A stretch of DNA of 63,961 nucleotides, the filler included, from an uncultured bacterium (GTDB taxonomy: Bacteria > CAYJRR01): the NCBI GenBank assembly GCA_964372275.1. It is 3 parts of 3 records of this genome, joined end to end, with 100 filler letters (N's around TTAATTAATTAA, not from the genome) between each part and the next. Parts side by side here need not be neighbours in the genome. Positions count along the whole stretch, not along the records: positions 1 to 30,208 come from CAYJRR010000053.1; positions 30,309 to 60,128 come from CAYJRR010000054.1; 1 more part is not named here. One strand, given 5' to 3'. The position numbers and the translations under genes are program-made. Positions 27,607-37,002 of this stretch are shown piece after piece; the stretch's first letter is position 1, and each line of letters starts with the position of its first letter. Under the pieces are notes generated by a model. It ran no database searches and had not been told where the DNA came from. It saw nothing but the letters and a program-made list of their open reading frames with translations.

Positions 27607-28682
27607 CACGCCCTCGCCTGGACCCCCTCGCGGCTCAACACCTCCTCGAACTGCGCCGCGAACTCCTCGCGGAGCGACGCCTTCTCGTCCGGCGAAAGGA
27701 AGCTCGCGTCGACCCCGTGGAGGAGCAGCCGCTTCAGCTCCTCGCGGGTGAGCCCTCCGTAGTACCAGGCGAACGCCAGCTCCCGCGTCGAGGTGGTGTT
27801 GGAGACGGTCCGGTTGTCGGTGTTGATCGTGACCCGCACCCCGGCCCGCAGGTAGCGGCAGAAGGGATGGGTCGACAGGTCCGAGACGGCGCGGGTCTGG
27901 ATGTTCGAGGTCAGGCAGACTTCGAGCGGGATCCCGCGCTCCGCGATTTCGGCCAAGAGCTTCGCGTCGCCCAGCAGTTTTGTGCCGTGACCGATCCGCT
28001 CCGCGCGCAGCACGTCGACCGCCTGCCGGATCGACTCCGGACCCGCCGCCTCGCCGGCGTGTGCGATGCGCCGCAGTCCCGCCGCCCCCACGATCTCGAA
28101 GGCGGAGGCCGCGGAGGTCGCGTCGTGCTCGGCCTCGTTCCCCGCGAGGTCGAACGCCAACACCCCGCGTTCCTTGTACTGGACGGCGAGCTCCGCCATC
28201 TGCTGACACTTGTCGGAGGGGTGTTCCCGAAGCGCGTCGACGAGAATCCCGCCGCGCACGCCGCGCGACTCCGCCGCCTCCCGGAACGAGATGAGCACCG
28301 CCTCCAGGATCTCCGACGCCGGCGCGCCGCCGGCGGTATGGAGCAGCGGACAGAACCGGATCTCCAGGATCCGCACGTTCTCCGCCGCCGCGTCCTCCAC
28401 CAGCTCCCGCGTCACGCGCGCCAGCGCCTCGGGGGTCTGCAGGTAGCCGTTGGTGAAGGCGAACTTCGAGAGGTAGTCGGGAAGGCTCCGGCTCTCCGAT
28501 CCGACCCGCATCCGGCGCTCCGCCGTCGCGCGATCGATCGGGCGAACCGCCGGCGTCGTCGCCTTCGCCGACGCGGCGAGATCGACCAGCGTCGCCGGTC
28601 GGACCGACCCGTCGAGATGCACGTGCAGGTCGGTCTTCGGAAGCGCCCGACAGATCCGCTCGAGCTGCGCCATCGCCGTCAT
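27606..28682 (-). CDS. add: Adenosine deaminase
   Basis: PKTDLHVHLDGS, EIRFCP, DLAGNE, HAGE, RIGHG, CLTSN, INTDN. Confidence 0.93.
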   Translation of the reverse strand: MTAMAQLERICRALPKTDLHVHLDGSVRPATLVDLAASAKATTPAVRPIDRATAERRMRVGSESRSLPDYLSKFAFTNGYLQTPEALARVTRELVEDAAAENVRILEIRFCPLLHTAGGAPASEILEAVLISFREAAESRGVRGGILVDALREHPSDKCQQMAELAVQYKERGVLAFDLAGNEAEHDATSAASAFEIVGAAGLRRIAHAGEAAGPESIRQAVDVLRAERIGHGTKLLGDAKLLAEIAERGIPLEVCLTSNIQTRAVSDLSTHPFCRYLRAGVRVTINTDNRTVSNTTSTRELAFAWYYGGLTREELKRLLLHGVDASFLSPDEKASLREEFAAQFEEVLSREGVQARA

Positions 28683-28774
28683 CGTCGAGCCCGAAGGTGT
28701 ACCCGGTCTTCCGCCGCCCGTCCACCGGCATCGGGAGACGACCGGCGAACCGAAGCGGCCGCGTTCCAGGGGTT

Positions 28775-28849
28775 TTCGGGGAGGCCCCGAGGAAGCCCGA
28801 AGGGCGGACCGATTCGGGGAGGCCCCGAGGAAGCCCGAAGGGCGGACCG
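28775..28849 (+). repeat. Two tandem copies of a 38-nt REP-like element
   Basis: TTCGGGGAGGCCCCGAGGAAGCCCGAAGGGCGGACCGA at 28775-28812 and 28813-28849. Confidence 0.9.
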
Positions 28850-28850
28850 T

Positions 28851-29453
28851 TCAGCGCTTCTTGCGGTTGGGCCCGAGTCCGTAGTACCGGCGCAGCGCGG
28901 TCGAGATCTCGGCGTCGGTCGCCAGCGCGCAGTTCACGGTGAGACCGGTGACGAACCCGACCTCCTCCACCGCGCGTCGGTTGCCCGGATTCGCAGTGGC
29001 GACCAGCAGCACCTCACCGGCGCGCGCAACCGGCACCACCCGGAAACGCGCCGCGAGCTCCCTCGGCACGAGGTCGAGGATGTCCGGCTGGATCTCGAAA
29101 TCGTCCAGCTGGATCCTCGGCAGGCCGATCGAGCGTCGCCGCTTCGTCAGCTTCAGCCCGTCCCCGCCCGAGGCCAGCGCCTCCACCTCCGGCCGGAGGA
29201 CGCCCAGCAACGCCCCCATCCGGCCTTGCAGCTCCGGGTCCGGGGGATCGAGCTTGAGCGCCTGGAGGTAGTAGCTCGCGGCCGACCCTTTCTCGCCGAG
29301 CCGGATGTAGAGCTCGGCCAGCCGCACCACCGGTCGCGCGTCCTCCGGGAAGCGGAAAAGCACCCGCTCCAGCTCGGTCACCGCGCGCCGCGGCGTCCCG
29401 TGCTCGACCATCGCGTCGGCGCGCTCGAGCGCCTCTTCGATCGGGTGGGCCAT
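28851..29453 (-). CDS. TPR + GspE/PilB N-terminal (MshEN-like) domain protein
   Basis: TPR helices, then ILDLVPRELAARFRVVPV...LLVATANP.N..AVEEVGFVTG...ALRRYYG. Confidence 0.8.
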   Translation of the reverse strand: MAHPIEEALERADAMVEHGTPRRAVTELERVLFRFPEDARPVVRLAELYIRLGEKGSAASYYLQALKLDPPDPELQGRMGALLGVLRPEVEALASGGDGLKLTKRRRSIGLPRIQLDDFEIQPDILDLVPRELAARFRVVPVARAGEVLLVATANPGNRRAVEEVGFVTGLTVNCALATDAEISTALRRYYGLGPNRKKR

Positions 29454-29551
29454 CTGATCTCCAGTCTATCACGCCCGTCGGGCACTCCGGGGGCCTCCCC
29501 CGGTCCCGCTGCACGAGCGTCCGCGCGTGGAGCGGCGACGGCGGTGGAGGC

Positions 29552-29595
29552 AAAAAAGATCGGAGCCTCCGACCGCGTCGCGGACGGAGGCTCCG
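29552..29595 (-). terminator. Rho-independent terminator of the rRNA operon
   Basis: 11-bp stem CGGAGCCTCCG/CGGAGGCTCCG followed by T6 on the minus strand, just after 5S. Confidence 0.85.
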
Positions 29596-29601
29596 GAAAG
29601 A

Positions 29602-29718
<117 letters not shown>

Positions 29719-29871
29719 AAGTGTCGAATTTCAAAAGAGCGCCCCGAAGGATTTCGGTGCTTGCCTCTTCAAAGCTGCACACGGGAACCCGCCAACGTCG
29801 GCGGGATTTCATCGATCCAAGCCTCGATATTGTTCCTGCCCGGGTTGCACACCCGGGCTTGAAAAATATCA

Positions 29872-30208
<337 letters not shown>

Positions 30209-30308
30209 NNNNNNNNNNNNNNNNNNNNNNNNNNNNNNNNNNNNNNNNNNNNTTAATTAATTAANNNNNNNNNNNNNNNNNNNNNNNNNNNNNNNNNNNN
30301 NNNNNNNN
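30209..30308. other. Artificial contig linker
   Basis: N44-TTAATTAATTAA-N44, giving stops in all six frames. Confidence 0.99.
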
Positions 30309-30317
30309 TTCCGATCT

Positions 30318-30425
30318 GCCGCCGGCGACGGCGCCGCCCGACGCGCCCTGGACGCGGCACGGCAAGCCGAGACCGACGCCTGGGTCGCCGAGGAGATCGC
30401 AGCGGCGCTGGAGGCCCGGCCGTGA
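30318..30425 (+). CDS. C-terminal fragment of a HEAT-like protein (5'-partial)
   Basis: ARRALDAARQAETDAWVAEEIAAALEARP*; too short to name. Confidence 0.45.
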   Translation, partial: AAGDGAARRALDAARQAETDAWVAEEIAAALEARP

Positions 30426-30458
30426 GTCTTCGGCGCCGAGTGCGCTAGGATCCGCCGG

Positions 30459-31502
30459 ATGCGTCGCCACCGACCGATCGCGCGCCTGGCCGCCCTCGCC
30501 GTTCTGGCGTGCGCCGGCGACGCCACCGCCGCCGTCGACCGGACGACGGTGGCCTGCCCGATCGACGGCGGCGAGGTCGAGGTGACCGTCTTCCTCTCGA
30601 CCAACGCGCTGCGCGGGCTCGACCGCGATCTCTGCCCCCACGCCGACGGCGACGACGAGATCCGGGGGGCGGTGGCCGTCTGTCCGCGCTGCGGATTCGC
30701 CGGCACCGTGCGCGAGCTCAAGGAGGGGGTCTCCGAGGAGGTCGCGGCGCGCGTCCGGAAGGAGCTGAAAGGGGCAGACGTCCTCCCCTGCTGGGAGCGG
30801 TACGCGGCGCGCGCCCGCATCCTGGAGTGGAGCGGAAAGACGCCCGCCGTCGTCGGCGAGTCCTGGCTGCGCGCGGCGTGGTGCGTGCGACTGGAGGAAC
30901 GCCCGATCGCCGACGAAGCGCTGCGCGCCGCCGCCGATCAGGCGATGACGATCGCCACCGTCTCGCAGTTTCCAAACCCGTCTGGGACCGATCCGATCCT
31001 GAGGATGGCCCGGTCGCTCGAGACGCTCCTCGAGAACGGCGGCCCCGTTCCCGACCCGACGGCGGCATGGTACGTGGCGGGCCGGCTGTGGCGGTCGCGC
31101 GGCGAGCTGGACGCGGCCGAGGTGCGTTTCGCGAAGGCGCTCGCCGCCGGAGGCGCGCTGCGCGCGGCGATCGAATCGGAGATCTCGCGCGACCGCGCGA
31201 GCATGTCGCTGGAGCGCGAATACCTCGGGAAGGCGCTGGCGCGATTCCGCGCGGCGCTCGCCGCCGGCGAGACGGTCCCGGCGCCGCAGCGCGCGATGCT
31301 CGCCTACCTCGCCGCCGAGTCGGCGCGGCGCGCGCGCGCCTTCGACGAAGCGCACCGCCTCTACAAGATGGCGCGGGCGCTCTCCGCCGGCGTGACGTCC
31401 GGTCCGACGGCGGGGGGCGGCCCGAACCCGGTCGACCTGGCGGCGCGGATCGAACAGGGGCTCGACGAGACGGCGCCGCGGCGGAAGGGGAAGGACCGAT
31501 GA
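30459..31502 (+). CDS. DUF2225-like zinc-finger/TPR protein with signal peptide
   Basis: CPIDG...DRDLCPH...CPRCGFA, WLRAAW, YLAAESARR. Confidence 0.7.
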   Translation: MRRHRPIARLAALAVLACAGDATAAVDRTTVACPIDGGEVEVTVFLSTNALRGLDRDLCPHADGDDEIRGAVAVCPRCGFAGTVRELKEGVSEEVAARVRKELKGADVLPCWERYAARARILEWSGKTPAVVGESWLRAAWCVRLEERPIADEALRAAADQAMTIATVSQFPNPSGTDPILRMARSLETLLENGGPVPDPTAAWYVAGRLWRSRGELDAAEVRFAKALAAGGALRAAIESEISRDRASMSLEREYLGKALARFRAALAAGETVPAPQRAMLAYLAAESARRARAFDEAHRLYKMARALSAGVTSGPTAGGGPNPVDLAARIEQGLDETAPRRKGKDR

Positions 31503-32131
31503 GGGACGAAGCCGCGCTCCGCCGCGAGCTGGTCGCCGTCTGCCGGCGCGCCTACGAACGGGGGATGATCTCCGGCACCGACGGAAACGTATCGGCCCGC
31601 CTCACCCACGACCGGATCCTGGTCACTCCGGCCGGCGCGAACAAAGGGCACCTCGAGCCGGGCGAACTGGTCGAGGTCGACCTCGACGGCCGGGCGGTGA
31701 TCGGCGGCGTCCCGTCGACCGAGGTCCTCCTCCACACCGTCGTCTACCGCGCCCGCCCCGACGCCGGCGGCGTCGTCCACGCCCACGCGCCGTCGTGCGT
31801 CGCCCTGACCCTGGCGCGCATCGGCATGGACGCCCCGGTCATCCCCGAGATCGTCGGGGCGCTCGGCCGCGTGCCGACCGCCCCCTACGCCACCCCGGGA
31901 ACCGCCGGCCTTCCGGCGTCGTTCGTGCCGCTGCTGGTGGAGCACGACGCCATCCTCCTCGAACGGCACGGAACGGTCACCGTCGGCAGCTCGGCGACGC
32001 AGGCCCTCGACCGGCTGGAGATGATCGAGCACGCCGCGACGATCCTGATCCGCGCGCACTCGGTCGGACTGGTGACACCGATGAGCGACGACGAGGTCCG
32101 GAAGCTGCGTCAGCCGCGCGGCAGGATCTGA
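31499..32131 (+). CDS. Class II aldolase/adducin family protein
   Basis: TDGNVSAR, VTPAG, PSTEVLLH, VVHAHAP, LERHG; ATGA overlap. Confidence 0.92.
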   Translation: MRDEAALRRELVAVCRRAYERGMISGTDGNVSARLTHDRILVTPAGANKGHLEPGELVEVDLDGRAVIGGVPSTEVLLHTVVYRARPDAGGVVHAHAPSCVALTLARIGMDAPVIPEIVGALGRVPTAPYATPGTAGLPASFVPLLVEHDAILLERHGTVTVGSSATQALDRLEMIEHAATILIRAHSVGLVTPMSDDEVRKLRQPRGRI

Positions 32132-32676
32132 CGGGCGACGATCCGGTCGTCGCCCGGCGCATGGACGTAGATGCGTCCCTTCTTCGGATAGGCGAGGAGT
32201 CCCCACGTCCGCATCAGGTCGCCGTGGAGGACCTCCGCGACCTCGTACTTCGCGGCCCCCATCCGCTTCCGGACCGCCACCACGGTCGTCTCGTCGGCGA
32301 GCGGAGGGGCGATGGCGTAGAGCACGCGCCCCGCTTCGCTCAGGACCACCTGCGGCCGCATCCCCGGAACGCCGCCGTCGTACTCCAAGACCCGCAAGAG
32401 CCGCATCTTCGCCAGGGGATTGCCGTCCCCCTCCTCGGGGGGCGGCGGCTCCGACAGCGGAACGATCTGCACCGGCGTGGCGTCGGGCGCCACGAAGGCG
32501 GTGAACTCGATCGCCGGCTCGCCGAGCGCGCGAACCACGTCGGCCCGGTCGGCCGCGGTCGTCACGATCCGCGTCCATGGATCCTCGGTCGACCGCCGCT
32601 CGCGCCCCGCCGCCACGGTCGACGCAACGAGCGCGACCGCGAGCGCCGCGTCGCGAATCCTCACCGCGATCGCCAT
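32110..32676 (-). CDS. Exported hypothetical protein
   Basis: Hydrophobic signal-like N-terminus; RADVVRALGEP (SmpA-like); co-oriented with the upstream gene. Confidence 0.55.
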   Translation of the reverse strand: MAIAVRIRDAALAVALVASTVAAGRERRSTEDPWTRIVTTAADRADVVRALGEPAIEFTAFVAPDATPVQIVPLSEPPPPEEGDGNPLAKMRLLRVLEYDGGVPGMRPQVVLSEAGRVLYAIAPPLADETTVVAVRKRMGAAKYEVAEVLHGDLMRTWGLLAYPKKGRIYVHAPGDDRIVARQILPRG

Positions 32677-32683
32677 GGCGACC

Positions 32684-33871
32684 CTACCGTCCCCCGGACG
32701 GGGGCCGTCCGGCGACGTTGGAGCGGACGCCACCCGGGCACTTCCCGAACTCGAGCCCCGGCTCGCGCCCCGCCGGGTCCATCGTGAAGCGCCACCAGCG
32801 GACGGCCCAGTCCTGCTCCTCTTTGCTGTAGGCGCTGTTCGGACCGAAGAAGGTCGCCCGGTCGAAGATCGCGGTCTCGAGGAGGATGGTGATGTACTCC
32901 TCCTCGTCGGTGAGGGCGTGCGTATCGCCGGGGAACCGGGCGGGGACCCCCTTCGACTTCAGGAACTCGGCCCGCTTCCGGAACGCGTCGCAGTACTCCT
33001 CGCGCGTCTGGGCCTTCCGCAGCGCCTCGTTGTACGTTTCCAGCTCCGAGCCGGGACGGAACAGCTCCTGCCGCAGTCGCGCGTAGCGCGACGGTCCGCC
33101 CTGCGCGAAAAACCCCTCGCGCGATGCCGGATTGGTCCGGTAGGCGTCCTTCTGCTCGTAGGCGACGCCGTGAAGGTATTCATGGAACATCATCCGGAAC
33201 CGGTTCATCCGCCGGACCTCCGGCGGAAGCGACGACCACCGGCCGGGGAGATCGGCCCGCGCCTGCGCTCCCAGCTCACGGGGCGGATGGCAGTTGCTCC
33301 AGCCGAGCTGGATCTGCATCTGCTTGTCGCCGTCGAGCGACTTGTCGAACGCCTGCCGGTCGAAGAAGAGGCTGCTGAAGACGAGCTGCCCGCCCTGCCG
33401 GCCGTTCACCATGCCGTTGTCGTAGGCGAAGTGGATCCCCAGGAAGCCCGCCTGGTCGGTCTTCAGGTCCCGCCGCGCGCGGTACATCCGCACGATGTTG
33501 GCGCGATCGATGAGGCACGGCGGCAGCTGCTCGATCAGCGCCACGATCGCCGCCTTCTCCTCGTCGGTGAACGGGACGGTGTCGACCACTCCACGCGCGC
33601 CACCGCTCGCGTTTTTCTCGCGGAGGTCGGTCGTCGTCTTCTGATTGGCGCCGACGAACTCCACCGCGTCGACCGCACCGTGCCCGCCGGTCACGTCGAT
33701 GCGGACGCCGCCCTCCGAGAATTCGAGATCCCGCAGGAGCCGCGCGACCGGGTCGGCCGGATCCTCCGGCGGACACTCGCCGTCGAGGCCGTCGTTGGCC
33801 GTGGCCGTTGCGGCGATCAGGGCGAACGCCACCAGGGTCGATGCGGCGGCCGCGCTGGCGGTTCGAATCAC
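32684..33871 (-). CDS. Secreted protein with HExxH zinc-metallopeptidase motif
   Basis: Signal peptide ending ATA; FHEYLHG; later DEEEY. Confidence 0.6.
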   Translation of the reverse strand: MIRTASAAAASTLVAFALIAATATANDGLDGECPPEDPADPVARLLRDLEFSEGGVRIDVTGGHGAVDAVEFVGANQKTTTDLREKNASGGARGVVDTVPFTDEEKAAIVALIEQLPPCLIDRANIVRMYRARRDLKTDQAGFLGIHFAYDNGMVNGRQGGQLVFSSLFFDRQAFDKSLDGDKQMQIQLGWSNCHPPRELGAQARADLPGRWSSLPPEVRRMNRFRMMFHEYLHGVAYEQKDAYRTNPASREGFFAQGGPSRYARLRQELFRPGSELETYNEALRKAQTREEYCDAFRKRAEFLKSKGVPARFPGDTHALTDEEEYITILLETAIFDRATFFGPNSAYSKEEQDWAVRWWRFTMDPAGREPGLEFGKCPGGVRSNVAGRPPSGGR

Positions 33872-33913
33872 CCGGTCCCTCCCCCGTAACCCTACGTTCC
33901 TACGGATCCAGGA

Positions 33914-34222
33914 TCACTCGCCCGAATTGCTCGAGACATTGTAGCCGCCGCCGATCCCCGCCCGGCTCGCCTGACCGGAGGTGATCGTGTTGCCCGATCC
34001 GGCGGCGTTGCTCGCCGCGAGACCGAAGCCACCGCGCGTCGATCCGTGGTCGATCAGGATCTGCTTCACGTCGAGCGACAGCTCCTGGACCCCCGTCTGG
34101 AAGGTGGGGACGAAGGCGTAGGCGGCCCCGACCACGGCGACGACGGCCACCGACACGAGCATCATGTACTCGGTCGCGGCCTGTCCGCGCGGGCAGAGGG
34201 GGTTGATTCGCTTCGTCTTCAC
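33914..34222 (-). CDS. Flp/Tad-type (class III signal) pilin
   Basis: RG/QAATEY followed by a hydrophobic helix (G-x4-EY Flp motif); RBS-like GAAGGA upstream. Confidence 0.75.
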   Translation of the reverse strand: MKTKRINPLCPRGQAATEYMMLVSVAVVAVVGAAYAFVPTFQTGVQELSLDVKQILIDHGSTRGGFGLAASNAAGSGNTITSGQASRAGIGGGYNVSSNSGE

Positions 34223-34275
34223 CTTCTCGATCCGTCCTTCCCGTGCGTGTGAGACCGGTGTCCAACGGTGACAAC

Positions 34276-34352
34276 TGCAAGACACATTCCGCTCTTTCCA
34301 CCCCCTCCGAATTCGACCTCCGCGTTTCCCCTGTCGGTAGATCAAGCAGTTA
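34276..34352 (-). promoter_or_regulatory. Sigma-54 promoter plus IHF-like site for the Flp pilin
   Basis: Minus strand CGGAATGTGTCTTGCA (GG-N10-GC, 34276-34291); GATCAAGCAGTTA at 34340-34352 resembles WATCAA-N4-TTR. Confidence 0.55.
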
Positions 34353-34488
34353 CGTGACCGTTTGGGGGGTGACGCGGCAGGAGGCGGCCCTCGAGATCGG
34401 CCATCGTGTCGCGGCATGGGACATCGATCTCCCACGGAGCGAATCACCTTGCCTGGTCCGGGGTCGTCGGCAAGAATCCGTTCCCCTT

Positions 34489-36525
34489 ATGCAAATGGAC
34501 ACACCGGGCGAATCGCCCGAGTCGGCGGGTGCCCCGCCGGAAGCCCCCCCGGACCGCTATCCCCGATACGCCACCTTCGCCGAGATGGACCTCTCCCCGG
34601 AGGTCCGCCGCGCCCTGATCGAAGAGCTCAAGTACGCCACGCCGACCGACGTACAGGCGGAGGCGTTCGCGCCGATCCGGGCCGGACGGGACGTCGTCGT
34701 CCAGTCCCGCACCGGGACCGGAAAGACGGCCGCGTTCGGAATCCCGCTGGCCGACCGCATCGATCCGGCCACGCGCGCCACGCAGCTGTTGGTTCTCGCG
34801 CCGACGCGGGAGCTGGCGAACCAGGTCGGCACCGAGCTCGAGCGGATCAACCGCTTCCGCGGCTCGCGCGTCGCCTCGATCTACGGCGGAGCCGCCTTCG
34901 GGCCGCAGCTCGACGCCTTGAAGGCCGGGGCGCAGATCGTCTCAGGCACGCCCGGGCGGGTGCTCGACCACCTGCGGCGACGGACGCTGAAGCTGGACGG
35001 ACTTCGCTGCTTCGTTCTCGACGAGGCGGACGAGATGCTGTCGATGGGATTCCAGGACGAGCTCGAAGCGATCCTGGAGTACGTCCCCACGCCCCGCCAG
35101 ACGCTGCTCCTGTCGGCCACCTTCCCGCCCGAGATCCGGCGGATGATCGACAAGTCGCTGGTCCGGCCGATCGAGGTGATGCTGTCGTCGGGGAACATCT
35201 CGGTCGACAAGATCACGCACTACTACTACGTGACGAGCCACATGCGGAAACCGCAGACGCTCCTCACGCTGCTCGAGTCGGAGGAGCCGGACGCGGCGAT
35301 CGTCTTCGCCAACACGCGGGAGGACGCCAACTTCGTCGGCACCTTCCTGCAGAATCGCGGCTTCGATGCCGAAGTCCTGACCGGCGAGCTGACGCAGGCG
35401 CAGCGCGAGCGGGTGATGGCCAAGATCAAGGGGGGGATGCTCCGCTACCTGGTCGCCACCGACGTCGCGGCTCGCGGGATCGACATCGCCGACCTGTCGC
35501 ACGTCATCAACTACAACCTGCCGACCGAGGCGGAGATCTACGTCCACCGCACCGGCCGGACCGGGCGCGCCGGCAAGAGCGGAACCGCCGTCTCGATCGT
35601 GAGCGGCCTCGACATCTCGACCCTCTACGCGCTGACGCGCTGGATGAAGATCAACGTCGAGGAGCGGCCGATCCCGACCGAGCCGGAGATCCGCAACATC
35701 AAGCTCGATCGTCGCGCCAAGCGATTGGCGAACGAGGCGCGCGGGCGGATCGAGGAAGGGAGCTTCGCCCCGGGAACGGAGTCGGAGGCGACGCTGCTCC
35801 TCGCCGAGAAGGTGCTGGCGCAGCCTCACGCGCGCGAGATCGTGGCGATGCTCCTGGAGCGCGTGGCCAAGCCGGGGGAGGCGACCGCGGCCGGTCCGCG
35901 CGCGCCGACGGCCGCGCACGCGGCTGCCGAGATGGTTGCGGCGGGGGTCACCGAGGTCATGGCATCGGTGGAAGCGCCTGCCGGCGGCGCGCCGGTAAGG
36001 GCGCGGATTCCGGCGCCGCCACGCGAGAGCGAGCGCCCCGCGCGCGACGCGGATCGTCCCCCACGCGAAGGGGATCGGTCTTCTCGCGGCGAGGATCGCA
36101 CGCGCCGAGACGGTCCCCGCGCGCGCCCGGACCGGAACCGGGACCGCGGCGGACGTCGCGACGAGGAGCGGGCCCGACCGTCCCCGTCGGCCTCCTCGAC
36201 GACGCTGATCGTCACGCTCGGCCGGCGGCACGGTGTCAGCGCGCGCGACGTCGGACTTTTCGTGGTGGAAACGGCGGGGATCGACGTGAACTCCGTCCGT
36301 GACGTCCGCGTGCGTGACGGGTACTCCTTTCTGGACGTCGATCCGGCGAAGGCCGAGCGGATCGTGCAGTCGGTGAACGGAAAGGAACGGCAAGGACGTT
36401 CGGTGAAGGTCGAGTTGGCGCGCGCCCGACCGGGCACGGCCGGCCGCGAAGGGCCGTCCGACGCGACGGAAATCGAGGTCGAGACCGCGAAGCCTCCCGC
36501 TCCGTCCGACGGAGAGGTTCGGTGA
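34489..36525 (+). CDS. DEAD-box RNA helicase with C-terminal DbpA RNA-binding domain (DeaD/CsdA-like)
   Basis: Q motif, RTGTGKT, PTRELA, TPGRV, DEAD, SAT, ARGID, HRTGRTGRAG, LGRRHGV...YSFLDV. Confidence 0.95.
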   Translation: MQMDTPGESPESAGAPPEAPPDRYPRYATFAEMDLSPEVRRALIEELKYATPTDVQAEAFAPIRAGRDVVVQSRTGTGKTAAFGIPLADRIDPATRATQLLVLAPTRELANQVGTELERINRFRGSRVASIYGGAAFGPQLDALKAGAQIVSGTPGRVLDHLRRRTLKLDGLRCFVLDEADEMLSMGFQDELEAILEYVPTPRQTLLLSATFPPEIRRMIDKSLVRPIEVMLSSGNISVDKITHYYYVTSHMRKPQTLLTLLESEEPDAAIVFANTREDANFVGTFLQNRGFDAEVLTGELTQAQRERVMAKIKGGMLRYLVATDVAARGIDIADLSHVINYNLPTEAEIYVHRTGRTGRAGKSGTAVSIVSGLDISTLYALTRWMKINVEERPIPTEPEIRNIKLDRRAKRLANEARGRIEEGSFAPGTESEATLLLAEKVLAQPHAREIVAMLLERVAKPGEATAAGPRAPTAAHAAAEMVAAGVTEVMASVEAPAGGAPVRARIPAPPRESERPARDADRPPREGDRSSRGEDRTRRDGPRARPDRNRDRGGRRDEERARPSPSASSTTLIVTLGRRHGVSARDVGLFVVETAGIDVNSVRDVRVRDGYSFLDVDPAKAERIVQSVNGKERQGRSVKVELARARPGTAGREGPSDATEIEVETAKPPAPSDGEVR

Positions 36526-36932
36526 CGGCGGGGCTGCGTCCCTCGGAGAACGGCGAAGGCGCGGGGGCCGCCGCGGAGTCCGACGCGCAGCGGATCGAGC
36601 TTCAAGCCGACCTGCTGCGCGAAATCCGGCACATGAACGCCGTCTTGCGCCGGTTGACGTCGACGCCGAAGCGGCTCTGGATGGCGTTCATGAACGGGAT
36701 CGTCCGCGGGCTCGGAGCCGCGATCGGCGCGACGGTGGTGTTCGCGCTGCTCGCCGCCCTGATCGCGCGACTCGATACCGTTCCGATCATCGGCGGCTAC
36801 ATCACCGAGATGGTCGAGTTCGTGATCGCGACCGGCGGTCCGACCCTGGAACAGACGCTCCGTCCGGGCACCGCCCGGCCTACCGACTCCCCCGCGCCGG
36901 CGGGCCCGACGACGACTCCGCCCGCGCCGTAG
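36522..36932 (+). CDS. DUF5665-like membrane protein
   Basis: PKRLWMAFMNGIVRGLGAAIGATVV...VPIIGGYI; GTGA overlap. Confidence 0.75.
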   Translation: MTAGLRPSENGEGAGAAAESDAQRIELQADLLREIRHMNAVLRRLTSTPKRLWMAFMNGIVRGLGAAIGATVVFALLAALIARLDTVPIIGGYITEMVEFVIATGGPTLEQTLRPGTARPTDSPAPAGPTTTPPAP

Positions 36933-36974
36933 TTTCCGCGAATTCCGCTCACGGCGCGCCGACCGAATCGGGGC

Positions 36975-36990
36975 CGGCACGGCGGTTGCT
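36975..36990 (+). promoter_or_regulatory. Sigma-54 promoter of radC
   Basis: CGGCACGGCGGTTGCT (GG-N10-GC), ending 12 nt before the ATG. Confidence 0.65.
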
Positions 36991-37002
36991 GAATCGCCCG
37001 CC

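Noticed and set aside
28775-28849. 38-nt repeats (here and at 40544) as a CRISPR array
   Set aside because: The units are directly adjacent with no spacers, there are only two per site, and no cas genes are present.
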